Shown here piece by piece: positions 14,690-23,595 of a stretch of DNA of 34,422 nt. The translations under genes and the position numbers were made by a program. The notes beneath the pieces were generated by a model, which saw only the letters and a program-made list of their open reading frames with translations, searched no databases and had not been told where the DNA came from. Positions within the stretch are counted from its first letter, which is position 1. Every line of letters starts with the position of its first letter. Where the stretch lies: NCBI GenBank assembly GCA_038063855.1, contig JBBTUF010000001.1:1-34422 (forward strand), given 5' to 3'. Origin of the DNA: Patescibacteria group bacterium. Lineage in GTDB: Bacteria; Patescibacteriota; Minisyncoccia; Ryanbacterales; GWA2-47-10b.

Positions 14690-16900
14690 TTACGCAAAGA
14701 AGTGTGGAATTGAAGGGTATTCCATATTCCACTTTAATCCTACTACAGCCATTCTTGGATGTCCAAAGTGCTCGCTACCATAACCAAAATTGATAGGCAT
14801 GAGTTTTTCAGACAATACTCGAACAACTGTGAGTCCACAGTCATACTCCTTAGGAGTGATATTAACTACGATTGGATCAAAGCGACTTAAATCACCACTA
14901 AAATCTTTAGGAGGAATCTGATTTCCATTTGCCTCAAGGAGCCACTCGGCATATACAAGGTTCTTGGGATCCGAGTAGAAAAGTCCATGATCGTCGGGGC
15001 TTTGTACATCCCTTATATCCATGTTGCGCTTTTGCTTACGCCCATGCCATGTCATTGCCATAAATTCTGCTTCATTAAATGCTCTTTCTGCGGCGTCAAT
15101 AAAAATTGATCTACAACTTGCCCCAGAAAATAGCGCTGGCCGCTTATCTCGCGACCAAATGACAACCAATATAACTGGCTGGCCATCAAGCGTTAGGTCA
15201 AGAAAAGATACTTTATAACCAAGCTCCTCCCAAACCAAAACTCGCTCTCTTACAGTATTCGAAAAGTATTCATGCGAAATTGCATTGACATGGCGCTTGG
15301 CATACCAAGTCACACTAATTGCATCTCTTTCGATTAGCTCACAGAGAGCCGCCTCAACCGCTAATTGCTTTTCAAAGTGAGCCGCAACGCCGCTTGAATT
15401 GGCGCGATAGAAAATTTTTCTATCACCTTGGATGCCAGTACATGCATAGAATACGAGCTCTGTAGGAACCCACACCCTAGCACCAGTAACTTCGCGTGCT
15501 CCAATTACCCATCCAATTTTTTCCCGAGGATCAAATCGTTTGATATCTTTCAAAATTTTGCCTTGGGCTGGCATGTATGGCACGACAGTGCGCGGGTCAA
15601 GAAACGCCTCATTAAGCTTTAGCGCGCATTCAATGCGATCATTTCGCTGCTGTTCTAACGAATACCGCTCAAAACCTTCGGCCAGCACCTTGACAACTGC
15701 TTCGCTCGACGTAGAACCCGTCGCAAATGCACGACACCTTTTCTTCGTAGGAGTGGCAGCATATTTATAAGGAGGGGAATACAACGCAACCGCTCCCCAT
15801 TGAGACATTACATTACCATTTACTTCTGGCTCCCAAAAGAAAACGCTCCTAATAGGCTTGTTATGCCCGACGAGTGTACGGCGAAGATGATTTGCACTTT
15901 CAACTATTTCTTGATCGGCTCTATGGGCTTTTATTCCGCTACGATCTTTGGTTCCCACAATAAGGGTTATAGCAACAACCTCATTGGAAGACTGCAAACC
16001 AAGCTCTCGCGCTAATGCTTTATCATTGAATCCGCTATACTCGACAATACCTAAGTCTTGTTCGGCACAAAACAGATACGCATTCTGAGCAGCATGTCCA
16101 GCTTCAAGCATAATGTGTCGATACCCACGATTAGCATATTTCGATATAGTGCGTTTAAGATTTACTGCGATGCAAAGTATGTACGCGGCATGCTCCAAAA
16201 GCATTTTTGTATTAAATACTTTTGTGAGCCACACATTTGGATTTTTCTCAGAAATGACCGTCACTACACGATCCTCAGGATTCCAACGATATATCCCTAT
16301 TGGAAGTGACTGGCTGTCTCCATGGACAATTAGATATAGATCGAGCGGATACATCGCACCGCCCGATGGTACACTCCAATGCCCATTTTCTCCTATGCCA
16401 TATGTCGCTTCAAGTAGCCCCGATAATTTATTTCCTGGGATCTGACCGTCTTGGAATTGTCGAATAGATTGCCGTTTATGAATAACATCCAAGGTGTTAC
16501 TTTTATCTGGCACTGGAAGCCGAATAATTCTACCATCACGTTCGCGCAGACGTTGAGATTTCATGATTAATGCTGCATCATTCACGCCAAGATCATATGA
16601 GAAAATTCCAGGATTTGCGGAGTCTTCATGAAACCCAATATGAAGTTCTCGGCTATCTCGAACGATTCCTTGAGTTTCAAGGAGCTCTAATAATTTGAAG
16701 ATCTCTTCGGTAGTCATTGATCGTAATTTATCCACAATATCGCGAACACTGGTCATTCCAGTACAGAGACGAAGAAGTTTTCTGATCTTCACTGCCTTGC
16801 CTGAGAGCGTAATGATTCCTTTACGCCCGATAAACTGAAGCTCGTTTCTCTTGCTTGAATAGCCATAAAGTACGACAAGAGGTTGCGAATTCGCCTGCAT
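14690..16900 (-). CDS. fused SagB-type FMN dehydrogenase :: YcaO cyclodehydratase with an N-terminal wHTH (RRE-like) segment
   Basis: Nitroreductase/SagB motifs: KRQSIRQF, VPSGGAMYPLDLYLIV, MLEAGHAAQNAYLFCAEQDLG. YcaO motifs: AFATGSTSSEAVVKVLAEGFERYS, NSSGVAAHFEKQLAVEAALCELIERDA. Start set at ATG 16900 (AAGGAG 7 nt upstream) rather than the track start at 17002. Confidence 0.88.
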   Translation of the reverse strand: MQANSQPLVVLYGYSSKRNELQFIGRKGIITLSGKAVKIRKLLRLCTGMTSVRDIVDKLRSMTTEEIFKLLELLETQGIVRDSRELHIGFHEDSANPGIFSYDLGVNDAALIMKSQRLRERDGRIIRLPVPDKSNTLDVIHKRQSIRQFQDGQIPGNKLSGLLEATYGIGENGHWSVPSGGAMYPLDLYLIVHGDSQSLPIGIYRWNPEDRVVTVISEKNPNVWLTKVFNTKMLLEHAAYILCIAVNLKRTISKYANRGYRHIMLEAGHAAQNAYLFCAEQDLGIVEYSGFNDKALARELGLQSSNEVVAITLIVGTKDRSGIKAHRADQEIVESANHLRRTLVGHNKPIRSVFFWEPEVNGNVMSQWGAVALYSPPYKYAATPTKKRCRAFATGSTSSEAVVKVLAEGFERYSLEQQRNDRIECALKLNEAFLDPRTVVPYMPAQGKILKDIKRFDPREKIGWVIGAREVTGARVWVPTELVFYACTGIQGDRKIFYRANSSGVAAHFEKQLAVEAALCELIERDAISVTWYAKRHVNAISHEYFSNTVRERVLVWEELGYKVSFLDLTLDGQPVILVVIWSRDKRPALFSGASCRSIFIDAAERAFNEAEFMAMTWHGRKQKRNMDIRDVQSPDDHGLFYSDPKNLVYAEWLLEANGNQIPPKDFSGDLSRFDPIVVNITPKEYDCGLTVVRVLSEKLMPINFGYGSEHFGHPRMAVVGLKWNMEYPSIPHFFA

Positions 16901-17066
16901 GGTCTTGCTCCTTTCGATAAATTTTAAAAATACAGGCCTTAGCACGGAATCCAATAGAATATAAGCAGGTTTAAGACAAAATATCCAGCTTATCGGCACC
17001 ACTCCATTTGATGCACATTCAGCTTTAATATTTTTGTCACAATAATCTTTATGTTAAACTATCCAT

Positions 17067-18011
17067 ATGCCCCAAGCGCGAACCCAACAAATCAATGAGA
17101 TAATAAAAGACCTCGAAGACCTCAAAAAACGGGGTTTTGAGAACATGTATGCGCTTGATGAAAATATAGAATTTTTTGAAGCAATGCACTCGCCGATACA
17201 ATATATACGATGGTTTTTAAATGAACGGCCAAAAATTGACGGCTCGCGACTTTTAGAACTTTCGGATTTTCCTCTCGGGCATGGTCGGTGGGAGGCGATA
17301 TTACAAGCCGAACTTTTAGAAATTGAACAATGGAAATTTCCCGACAATCTTGCTCGTTTTCGTAAATCAATGCTTGGCGTATTAGAACATCTTAAATCTG
17401 ATAAGAGATTAGTTTTATTGAATCTTGGATGTGGCCCAATGGAGTTAGAGCGGCAAATTATTAAAAATTATCTTGAAAACAAAAATCAGCAGAAAGTTGT
17501 TTTTATTGGCATCGACATGTCAGACGCTTCTCTTGCTCTGGCCGAAAAAAATATTCAAAGCATACACATTCCACTCGAAAAAGTATCGACACTCAATACC
17601 ACTGTGCTCAATGAACTTAGCGCCAAACATGCTCATGATCAATTTTATACTGTTTTATTCAAGGGTGATGCAACAAAGGCCGATCAGTATTTTAAAAAAG
17701 GCGAAGTAGATATATTATTGTATACAAAATTCAGGCATCATTTAACTCCTGACCAAAGAATCAATTTTGATAAAATGGTCACGGATATATCAGATCATGT
17801 TATTGAGGACGATCTTTTAAATAATCTTTTTATGTTTACAGTTCCGTTGATTGGGCGTTCTCAATGGAAACACTCTGTTCTGCTAAATGGCGGAATGTTT
17901 AGTGCTCTGCGATGCCCTACAAAAAAAGATGTACAACAATTACTGCCGGGCTGGTCTATCAAAACTGCACCAGATGGCTATACAAAGGTGTACGATGTGT
18001 GTTTAAAATGA
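17067..18011 (+). CDS. class I SAM-dependent methyltransferase
   Basis: VLLNLGCGPMELE (motif I) and VVFIGIDMSDASL (motif II acidic residue). Divergent from the SagB::YcaO gene. Confidence 0.65.
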   Translation: MPQARTQQINEIIKDLEDLKKRGFENMYALDENIEFFEAMHSPIQYIRWFLNERPKIDGSRLLELSDFPLGHGRWEAILQAELLEIEQWKFPDNLARFRKSMLGVLEHLKSDKRLVLLNLGCGPMELERQIIKNYLENKNQQKVVFIGIDMSDASLALAEKNIQSIHIPLEKVSTLNTTVLNELSAKHAHDQFYTVLFKGDATKADQYFKKGEVDILLYTKFRHHLTPDQRINFDKMVTDISDHVIEDDLLNNLFMFTVPLIGRSQWKHSVLLNGGMFSALRCPTKKDVQQLLPGWSIKTAPDGYTKVYDVCLK

Positions 18012-18081
18012 TGATATATTTTGTAGCAAACATCTAGCTCGGATAAGACACAATATTCTTCAAATCAGGTTAAAATCAAAT

Positions 18082-18849
18082 ATGCTTGCAATTATTATTT
18101 CAAAATTAGAACCATTTGAAACTGGCGCGCGCATAATAGCAGATGATTGTAAATCAGTATCTCTTAGTGCAAAAATTCTATTTTTAGAGGATATTATTCT
18201 GGGGAGTAACGCAATTGAGTTGCTTGATGGCGTCAAGATCCTTTATTTTTTAACAAATGATTCGTCTCTTGAACGATATGTCGAGTACTTCGTTCGTAAA
18301 AATATATTGGTAATCAATAAGGATTTTTATCGTTGGAATAGATCAAAGTTCTCAATTCAAGATCGTCTTAAGCTTGCTGGTATACAAATTCCGAGATCTA
18401 TCGCCACTCAAAATTTCTCGATTTTACTTTCCGAGAGTCGGTTTTTGGATTTCCCTCTATATATAAAGAGTCAGAATCAATCTAGTTTGGTTATTAAAGT
18501 CGCAGACGAAGAAGCGCTCAGACGCGCTTTGTCAGACATAACACAGCGAAATGATTTCTATTTAGAACAATCCGTTGATGCTGAGTGCGGCTCTGTAACA
18601 AAATATTATTTCGTAGATAGATTATCGTGCGGGATAAATGGGGATTTGTCTCCACCAATAATATCATCTGTATTAAAATCTATTTCTACAATTCTGAGTC
18701 TTGATGTTTTTTCAGTCGATCTATTTGTGGGAGATGATAAAAAGTCTTATTGGTGCATCGATGTAAATCCTGCGCCCGGTCTTTTTAATTCAAAACATGG
18801 CCGCTCAGAATTCATTAAATATGCTCAGCGCTTAGATCATCACTTATAA
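18082..18849 (+). CDS. ATP-grasp fold enzyme (small, RimK/ITPK-like)
   Basis: KFSIQDRLKLAGIQIPRS, FPLYIKS..SSLVIKV, FYLEQSV, and C-terminal FSVDLFV..YWCIDVNPAPG (the ATP-grasp E/N Mg-binding region). Confidence 0.6.
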   Translation: MLAIIISKLEPFETGARIIADDCKSVSLSAKILFLEDIILGSNAIELLDGVKILYFLTNDSSLERYVEYFVRKNILVINKDFYRWNRSKFSIQDRLKLAGIQIPRSIATQNFSILLSESRFLDFPLYIKSQNQSSLVIKVADEEALRRALSDITQRNDFYLEQSVDAECGSVTKYYFVDRLSCGINGDLSPPIISSVLKSISTILSLDVFSVDLFVGDDKKSYWCIDVNPAPGLFNSKHGRSEFIKYAQRLDHHL

Positions 18850-19354
18850 CAAGACGTTCAATCATCGGTTGTACTATCATAAAATAGCGTTTAAGATTAT
18901 CATATTTTAGTATAGCAACAACCTCATTAATCGGAACCCATTTTAATTGATCTCTTTTGTGTTCCGCCTTGAATTTACTCCTGTTTACTGGGCGCATGAG
19001 GTACATATGTGTCAAAATCGTTCGACTATCGTTATGGAGATATTCAAGTGGTATTAATTTCGCAAAAATTTCAACAATAAGACCAGTTTCTTCTTCTACC
19101 TCTCTTTTTGCTGCTCTAGCTGGCGTTTCTCCAGCTTCGATGTGACCTTTTGGGAAAGTCCAATCTTGTTGTTTCGCGCGATATAATAAAGCAACTTTAG
19201 GAATTTTATTTTTTTGTATTACAATACCGCCCGCCTTATAGACGACCTGTTTTTCTGGTCTTTCGGGTATATACATAAGGTAGATTAAAAAATGTCCTCT
19301 CTTGTAAGATTTTACCAGAGAGGACAATCGGGTTTCAAGTGCAAAGCGATCCAC
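18815..19354 (-). CDS. NUDIX hydrolase
   Basis: Complete Nudix box GHIEAGETPARAAKREVEEETGL. An alternative start at ATG 19276 would remove the overlap with the upstream gene. The 3' end overlaps the ATP-grasp 3' end by 35 nt (convergent). Confidence 0.85.
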   Translation of the reverse strand: MDRFALETRLSSLVKSYKRGHFLIYLMYIPERPEKQVVYKAGGIVIQKNKIPKVALLYRAKQQDWTFPKGHIEAGETPARAAKREVEEETGLIVEIFAKLIPLEYLHNDSRTILTHMYLMRPVNRSKFKAEHKRDQLKWVPINEVVAILKYDNLKRYFMIVQPMIERLVISDDLSAEHI

Positions 19355-19880
19355 TATTATTAGTTAAATGCGAGATGAGAGCTGCGCATTCTTGTACCTG
19401 AAGCTCGTCGTTATTAGTACCAGTAAACGCCCACTCAATTTCTGACATTAAGCAACGAAAACTTTCATCAAAACTAGCATGCCAGTAATGAGTTCTCTTG
19501 ATATCGAGGACTCTATCGAGAGGGCTATTTCTGGCATTTCGCACTATCTGTGGCGTAAAAACCCCTGTAAGAATTGCTCTTCGCCCCGATGACTTGATTA
19601 CGTCCCATTCAAGAGGATTGTGGACAGCATCAAGAACAATTTTAGGCACAGACACTATCTTCGCAAGTACCATTGCCATCAATTCTGAAGAACCAACTGT
19701 TCTGTAAATATTTCGATACCATTGAATTGACTCGATCGATTCAGGTGAGGAAAAACTTTTACCAAATAGCTCTTCAAGGATATGGCGCTTGTTTACGTGC
19801 GTCCATTCAAAATAAGTTTCAAAAATACGAGACAAATGACTCTTGCCACACCCGTGTAGCCCTGTTAAAACTATAATCAT
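19335..19880 (-). CDS. P-loop NTPase / small-molecule or nucleotide kinase-like protein
   Basis: N-terminal Walker A MIIVLTGLHGCGKSHL, 181 aa. The start overlaps the radical SAM stop by 4 nt. Confidence 0.65.
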   Translation of the reverse strand: MIIVLTGLHGCGKSHLSRIFETYFEWTHVNKRHILEELFGKSFSSPESIESIQWYRNIYRTVGSSELMAMVLAKIVSVPKIVLDAVHNPLEWDVIKSSGRRAILTGVFTPQIVRNARNSPLDRVLDIKRTHYWHASFDESFRCLMSEIEWAFTGTNNDELQVQECAALISHLTNNSGSLCT

Positions 19881-21061
19881 AGAGCATCCCTTTCTTGTGC
19901 GTTCGTTGACTCTTGTTTAACAAGTGCAATCGCCAAACAATTTGTACAGGGACCATTGGTGCTGGCATTATGTATCGGCAGATTACGACGGAGTGCTGAA
20001 ATATGGTCTGACTTAACAAGCCGTTTCCATATTATGGTAAATTTTTCTTGCAGCAAATTTCCAACGTTTGCTTCTCCGAGAGGGCCAAGGAATCCACACG
20101 TTTGTACTTTTCCATTTGGCAGAATAACGAGACCGCGATGACCCGCACTACAACTGTGACGAGTGAACGGTAAAACGACTCGCGTTTCTATTATTTTCTC
20201 GCGAAAATAATGACCATGAATTAACCCGCGAGAATCTGAAAGATAATATGAGAGTTCCGATTCAAGTTTCATATAATCTTTTTTTGTTAATATTTCGGAC
20301 ACATCGTAAGCAGACCTTCCTGAAGGGATAAATCTCCGAATGAAGACTGCAACGCCGAGACCATGGAGATATTCTGTGAGTGTGATGATATCGTCCATAT
20401 TGGATCTCATAACAACGGCGTTGATCCGAACACTAATTCCGTACGACTGCAGAGCGTGAATACCTTCCATCGCACGATCGAAACTTCCTTGTCCTCGTAT
20501 CTTATCATGGACTTTTTTGGTGCCATCAATACTAACGATAGCAAGGTGAAGTAACTTCGATATCCTCTCCATCCTTAACCCCTTTGTTAGAATGCCATTT
20601 GTACCCAAGGAGATACGTAAATGACTTTCCGAGGCAAAAATCATTAGATCTTCGAGATCTGCTGAAAGCGTCGGCTCCCCACCAGTAAAACGAATTTCTT
20701 GGACACCGCATGCGATAAGATCTTGAATTATTTTAAGACGCTCTTTTAGAGAAGCTTCATCTACTAATTTGATGCCCGAGCTATTAAAACAGTGAGCGCA
20801 TCGCAAGTTGCATGCACGAGTTATTTCAAAGAACACCACATCAGGAGCACTAAAATTATCATTTGGAAGCCATTCGGGGTAGGTTATATGTAGTTCACCT
20901 CCCATACCTAACTTAAGCAATAACTCCTCTGCTACTGGGTCGTTACGCCTTGCCACCGTTTCAAATTCGAGTTGGTCGAGATAGGTGCGTAGTCCAGTAT
21001 GCGGCGCAAAGAGCGTTCCCCCAAAACATTCTTGTCTGAGCTTCAGTATTGGTCGCTTCAT
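19877..21061 (-). CDS. radical SAM / SPASM-domain maturase
   Basis: EITRACNLRCAHCF (CxxxCxxC), FTGGEPTL, and a C-terminal Cys cluster CSAGHRGLVILPNGKVQTCGF...NGPCTNCLA (SPASM-like). About 80 aa of N-terminal extension precede the cluster. AAGGAG RBS. Confidence 0.85.
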   Translation of the reverse strand: MKRPILKLRQECFGGTLFAPHTGLRTYLDQLEFETVARRNDPVAEELLLKLGMGGELHITYPEWLPNDNFSAPDVVFFEITRACNLRCAHCFNSSGIKLVDEASLKERLKIIQDLIACGVQEIRFTGGEPTLSADLEDLMIFASESHLRISLGTNGILTKGLRMERISKLLHLAIVSIDGTKKVHDKIRGQGSFDRAMEGIHALQSYGISVRINAVVMRSNMDDIITLTEYLHGLGVAVFIRRFIPSGRSAYDVSEILTKKDYMKLESELSYYLSDSRGLIHGHYFREKIIETRVVLPFTRHSCSAGHRGLVILPNGKVQTCGFLGPLGEANVGNLLQEKFTIIWKRLVKSDHISALRRNLPIHNASTNGPCTNCLAIALVKQESTNAQERDAL

Positions 21062-21099
21062 GGATCGTCTCCTTATTGGGTTGCGATATTCAAACTTCC

Positions 21100-21700
21100 A
21101 GCGTTAAGAGTACACCATAAAGGTAGGCTGTGTCAACTACCACGGCCTCACGGCCGTGGCTTGTTATTGAGATTTGGAGTTGAATGCAGGCTTCGCCTGT
21201 CCGCCATCCTCTCTGCCTTGCATGTCTATGTACTTCCGAATCATTGCTTCGTTGATGCCTACGGTGGAAACAAAGTAGCCTCCTGACCAAATACCGTCCT
21301 CTCCCCAATAGACATCTTTGAGAAAAAGAAACTTCTTTCGCATGGCACGGCCAGTATTGCTTTTGATAATATTGATCACCTTGCTTACTGAGAATCGTGG
21401 TGGAATAGAGACGAGGAAATGGATGTGGTCCTTGTCTGTCCTGGCTTTCTCTATTCGTATGTCAGGATAGTATTTCGAGATCTCCTTGAGTTGTTGTGAC
21501 GCAATACTGGCCTACTCCCTCAGTGAAGATTTTACGACGGTATTTGGTCGTCATGACTACATGGTATTCGGTTCCATAGACACAATGTCCCTGACGGCGA
21601 TACTCCATTGTTCAAGAATACCATGAGGATGGCGGATCCTATCCTTCCCCAGCCTCACGGCTGGGGCTTGCCGGTGGAAGAGTCAACGCGTCGTAATGTA
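21100..21700 (-). mobile_element. IS200-type (IS200/IS605 family, tnpA only) insertion sequence; ends approximate
   Basis: Y1/HUH transposase gene flanked by two subterminal perfect hairpins with identical TCAC loops: ccacggcc-tcac-ggccgtgg (21140-21159) and ccccagcc-tcac-ggctgggg (21647-21666). No terminal inverted repeats, as expected for this family. Confidence 0.7.
21164..21608 (-). pseudogene. tnpA: IS200 tnpA (Y1 HUH transposase) with a +1 frameshift
   Basis: N-terminal frame: MEYRRQGHCVYGTEYHVVMTTKYRRKIFTEGVGQY.., which hits TGA. C-terminal frame: ..SIASQQLKEISKYYPDIRIEKARTDKDHIHFLVSIPPRFSVSKVINIIKSNTG...GYFVSTVG..RKYI. The frames join if one G is removed from GGAGTAGGCCAG (about 21505-21516). 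Confidence 0.8.
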
Positions 21701-21903
21701 TCATAAGGCACACTTCTGATTCTTCAAAAAAGAGTAAGTTCAAATGCCTTTATTAAAAACATTGTAATATGTTAAAATGGAAACCGTGGAGATAGAATGC
21801 AAAATTATAGATCGCTTAAAGGGAAACAATATCTCGCAGATGCGCAACCAATTAGATATGTCGATTAAAGGCATCTCAAAGTGGGCGGTCAAGTTATTCA
21901 TTT

Positions 21904-23586
21904 GTGGGCATTTACGTATTTACAATGCAATTTGACGGTTCATTTTTTACTCTGATTGTCGCTGCCTTAGCTATAGCAATAAATTTATTGCTCGGTTTAG
22001 TCGTATATATAAATGACAGACGCAGTGCCACTACAAGAATATTTGGCCTTTTAAATATAGTACTCGCTTTATATCTACTAACAAACTTTCTTAGTATTAT
22101 TCGCACTGATTATTACGAAAAACTTCTCTGGGTAAGATTGACGATATGCGCTGCCGTATTGCTTGGAACAACTTTTCATTATTTTATTAGAGCCTTTCCT
22201 GAAAAAATTCTTAAAGTATCTCTTACAGAGAAGATAATTAGTTTTTTTATAACCACAGGCGTTGCAATGCTAACACTTACGCCGTATGTGTTTTCTGGCA
22301 TTGTTATCACTGACCCGAAAGGCGTACCAACACCTAATGTTGAATTCGGTATTATTATTTTTGGAATTACGGTATTTATTTATACGCTGAGCGGGATTTC
22401 TCTGTTGATAAAAAAATATTTATATTCGAAAGCTTTAGCAAAAAATCAGATCAAGCTACTTTTGATTGGTGCGGGAATAATGTTTTTTGCATTTTTGCTC
22501 TTAAACTTTATCGCCGTTGTAGCCCTGAATACAACATTTTTTATTAGCTTTACTCCTTTATATACCTCGATATTTATTGCTTTTGCAACATATGCAATCA
22601 TAAAGCACCATCTATTCAATGTTAAAGTAATCGCGACCGAAGTACTGGTATTTGGTCTTTGGTTATTGCTTCTCGTTCGAGCTATCACAGCAAATTCTAT
22701 AGGCGATCAAATTATTAGTGTATTAGTATTTTTAGGATCGATTATTGTCGGCATTTTACTTATTCGTTCAGTTTTTAAAGAAGTAAAAATACGTGAAGAA
22801 ATGTCGCAACTAGCGCTTGATCTTGAAATTACAAACAAGGAGCTCAAACAGCTCGACGAGGCAAAGTCTGACTTTATTTCGATTGCGAGCCACCAACTGC
22901 GCACACCACTCTCGATTATCAAAGGGTATATTTCAATGATGCGCGAGGGCACATACGGCAAAATAAATGAAAAAATTGCCGACCCATTGCACAAAGTATA
23001 TGTATCGAACGAGCGCCTCATAAATTTGGTAAGCGATCTTCTCGACCTCTCACGTATGGAGCGCGGCAAAATGCAATACGAATTTTTGCCAATTCGTCTT
23101 GCAGAAGTTGCCGAGGGCATTGTGCTTGATTTTGAAAAAGTAGCGAAAGACAAAGGCCTCACATTCGAGTGGGATCGCGGAAAGGTAAATGATTTAATAA
23201 AGGGCGACGCCGGCAAACTCCGCCAAATAGTGCTCAACCTTGTCGACAATGCCATAAAATATACTCAAGCGGGCGGTATTCGTGTTGCGCTCGAATCAGT
23301 ACCCGGAAATAAAATCCGCTTTTTGGTGACCGATTCAGGGCCGGGCTTAACTACCTCCGAAGCACATGCGCTTTTTCAAAAGTTTTCGCGTGGGCAAGAA
23401 GAAAGCAAGACACACACCGAAGGGCTTGGGCTTGGGCTTTATGTCGCAAAACTTATCGCAAGTGCACACGGCGGAGAACTTGCGGTAACTTCTCCTGGAA
23501 AAGGCAAGGGGAGTACCTTCTCGCTCACCCTGCCAATCTATAGCGAATCTGCCGAAAGCTTCAAAAAATTCGCCGGGGATATTTAA
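21904..23586 (+). CDS. sensor histidine kinase with a multi-spanning membrane N-terminal half
   Basis: HisKA H-box SDFISIASHQLRTPLSIIKGY; N-box LVDNAIKYT; G-boxes DSGPGL and GLGLGLYV. Eight or so hydrophobic spans in the first ~290 aa. Start uncertain (GTG 21904 vs ATG 21925). Confidence 0.88.
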   Translation: MGIYVFTMQFDGSFFTLIVAALAIAINLLLGLVVYINDRRSATTRIFGLLNIVLALYLLTNFLSIIRTDYYEKLLWVRLTICAAVLLGTTFHYFIRAFPEKILKVSLTEKIISFFITTGVAMLTLTPYVFSGIVITDPKGVPTPNVEFGIIIFGITVFIYTLSGISLLIKKYLYSKALAKNQIKLLLIGAGIMFFAFLLLNFIAVVALNTTFFISFTPLYTSIFIAFATYAIIKHHLFNVKVIATEVLVFGLWLLLLVRAITANSIGDQIISVLVFLGSIIVGILLIRSVFKEVKIREEMSQLALDLEITNKELKQLDEAKSDFISIASHQLRTPLSIIKGYISMMREGTYGKINEKIADPLHKVYVSNERLINLVSDLLDLSRMERGKMQYEFLPIRLAEVAEGIVLDFEKVAKDKGLTFEWDRGKVNDLIKGDAGKLRQIVLNLVDNAIKYTQAGGIRVALESVPGNKIRFLVTDSGPGLTTSEAHALFQKFSRGQEESKTHTEGLGLGLYVAKLIASAHGGELAVTSPGKGKGSTFSLTLPIYSESAESFKKFAGDI

Positions 23587-23595
23587 TAGTTTTGA

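Noticed and set aside
16901-17002. N-terminal 34-codon extension of the SagB::YcaO ORF
   Set aside because: ATG 16900 has AAGGAG 7 nt upstream. The extension is hydrophobic, low-complexity sequence running into the divergent promoter region.
20999-21308. Track ORFs 20999..21286 (+) and 21090..21308 (-)
   Set aside because: They overlap the radical SAM start and the IS200 right end/tnpA in wrong frames. The tnpA reading frames account for the region.
21777-21935. 52-aa ORF (METVEIECKIIDRLKGNNISQMRNQLDMSIKGISKW...) with a faint HTH-like stretch upstream of the histidine kinase
   Set aside because: It has no RBS. The ATG sits inside the best -10-like box (TGTTAAAAT), the C-terminus overlaps the kinase start, and the HTH resemblance is weak. 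It might be a remnant of a regulator cut by the IS, but I cannot support that.
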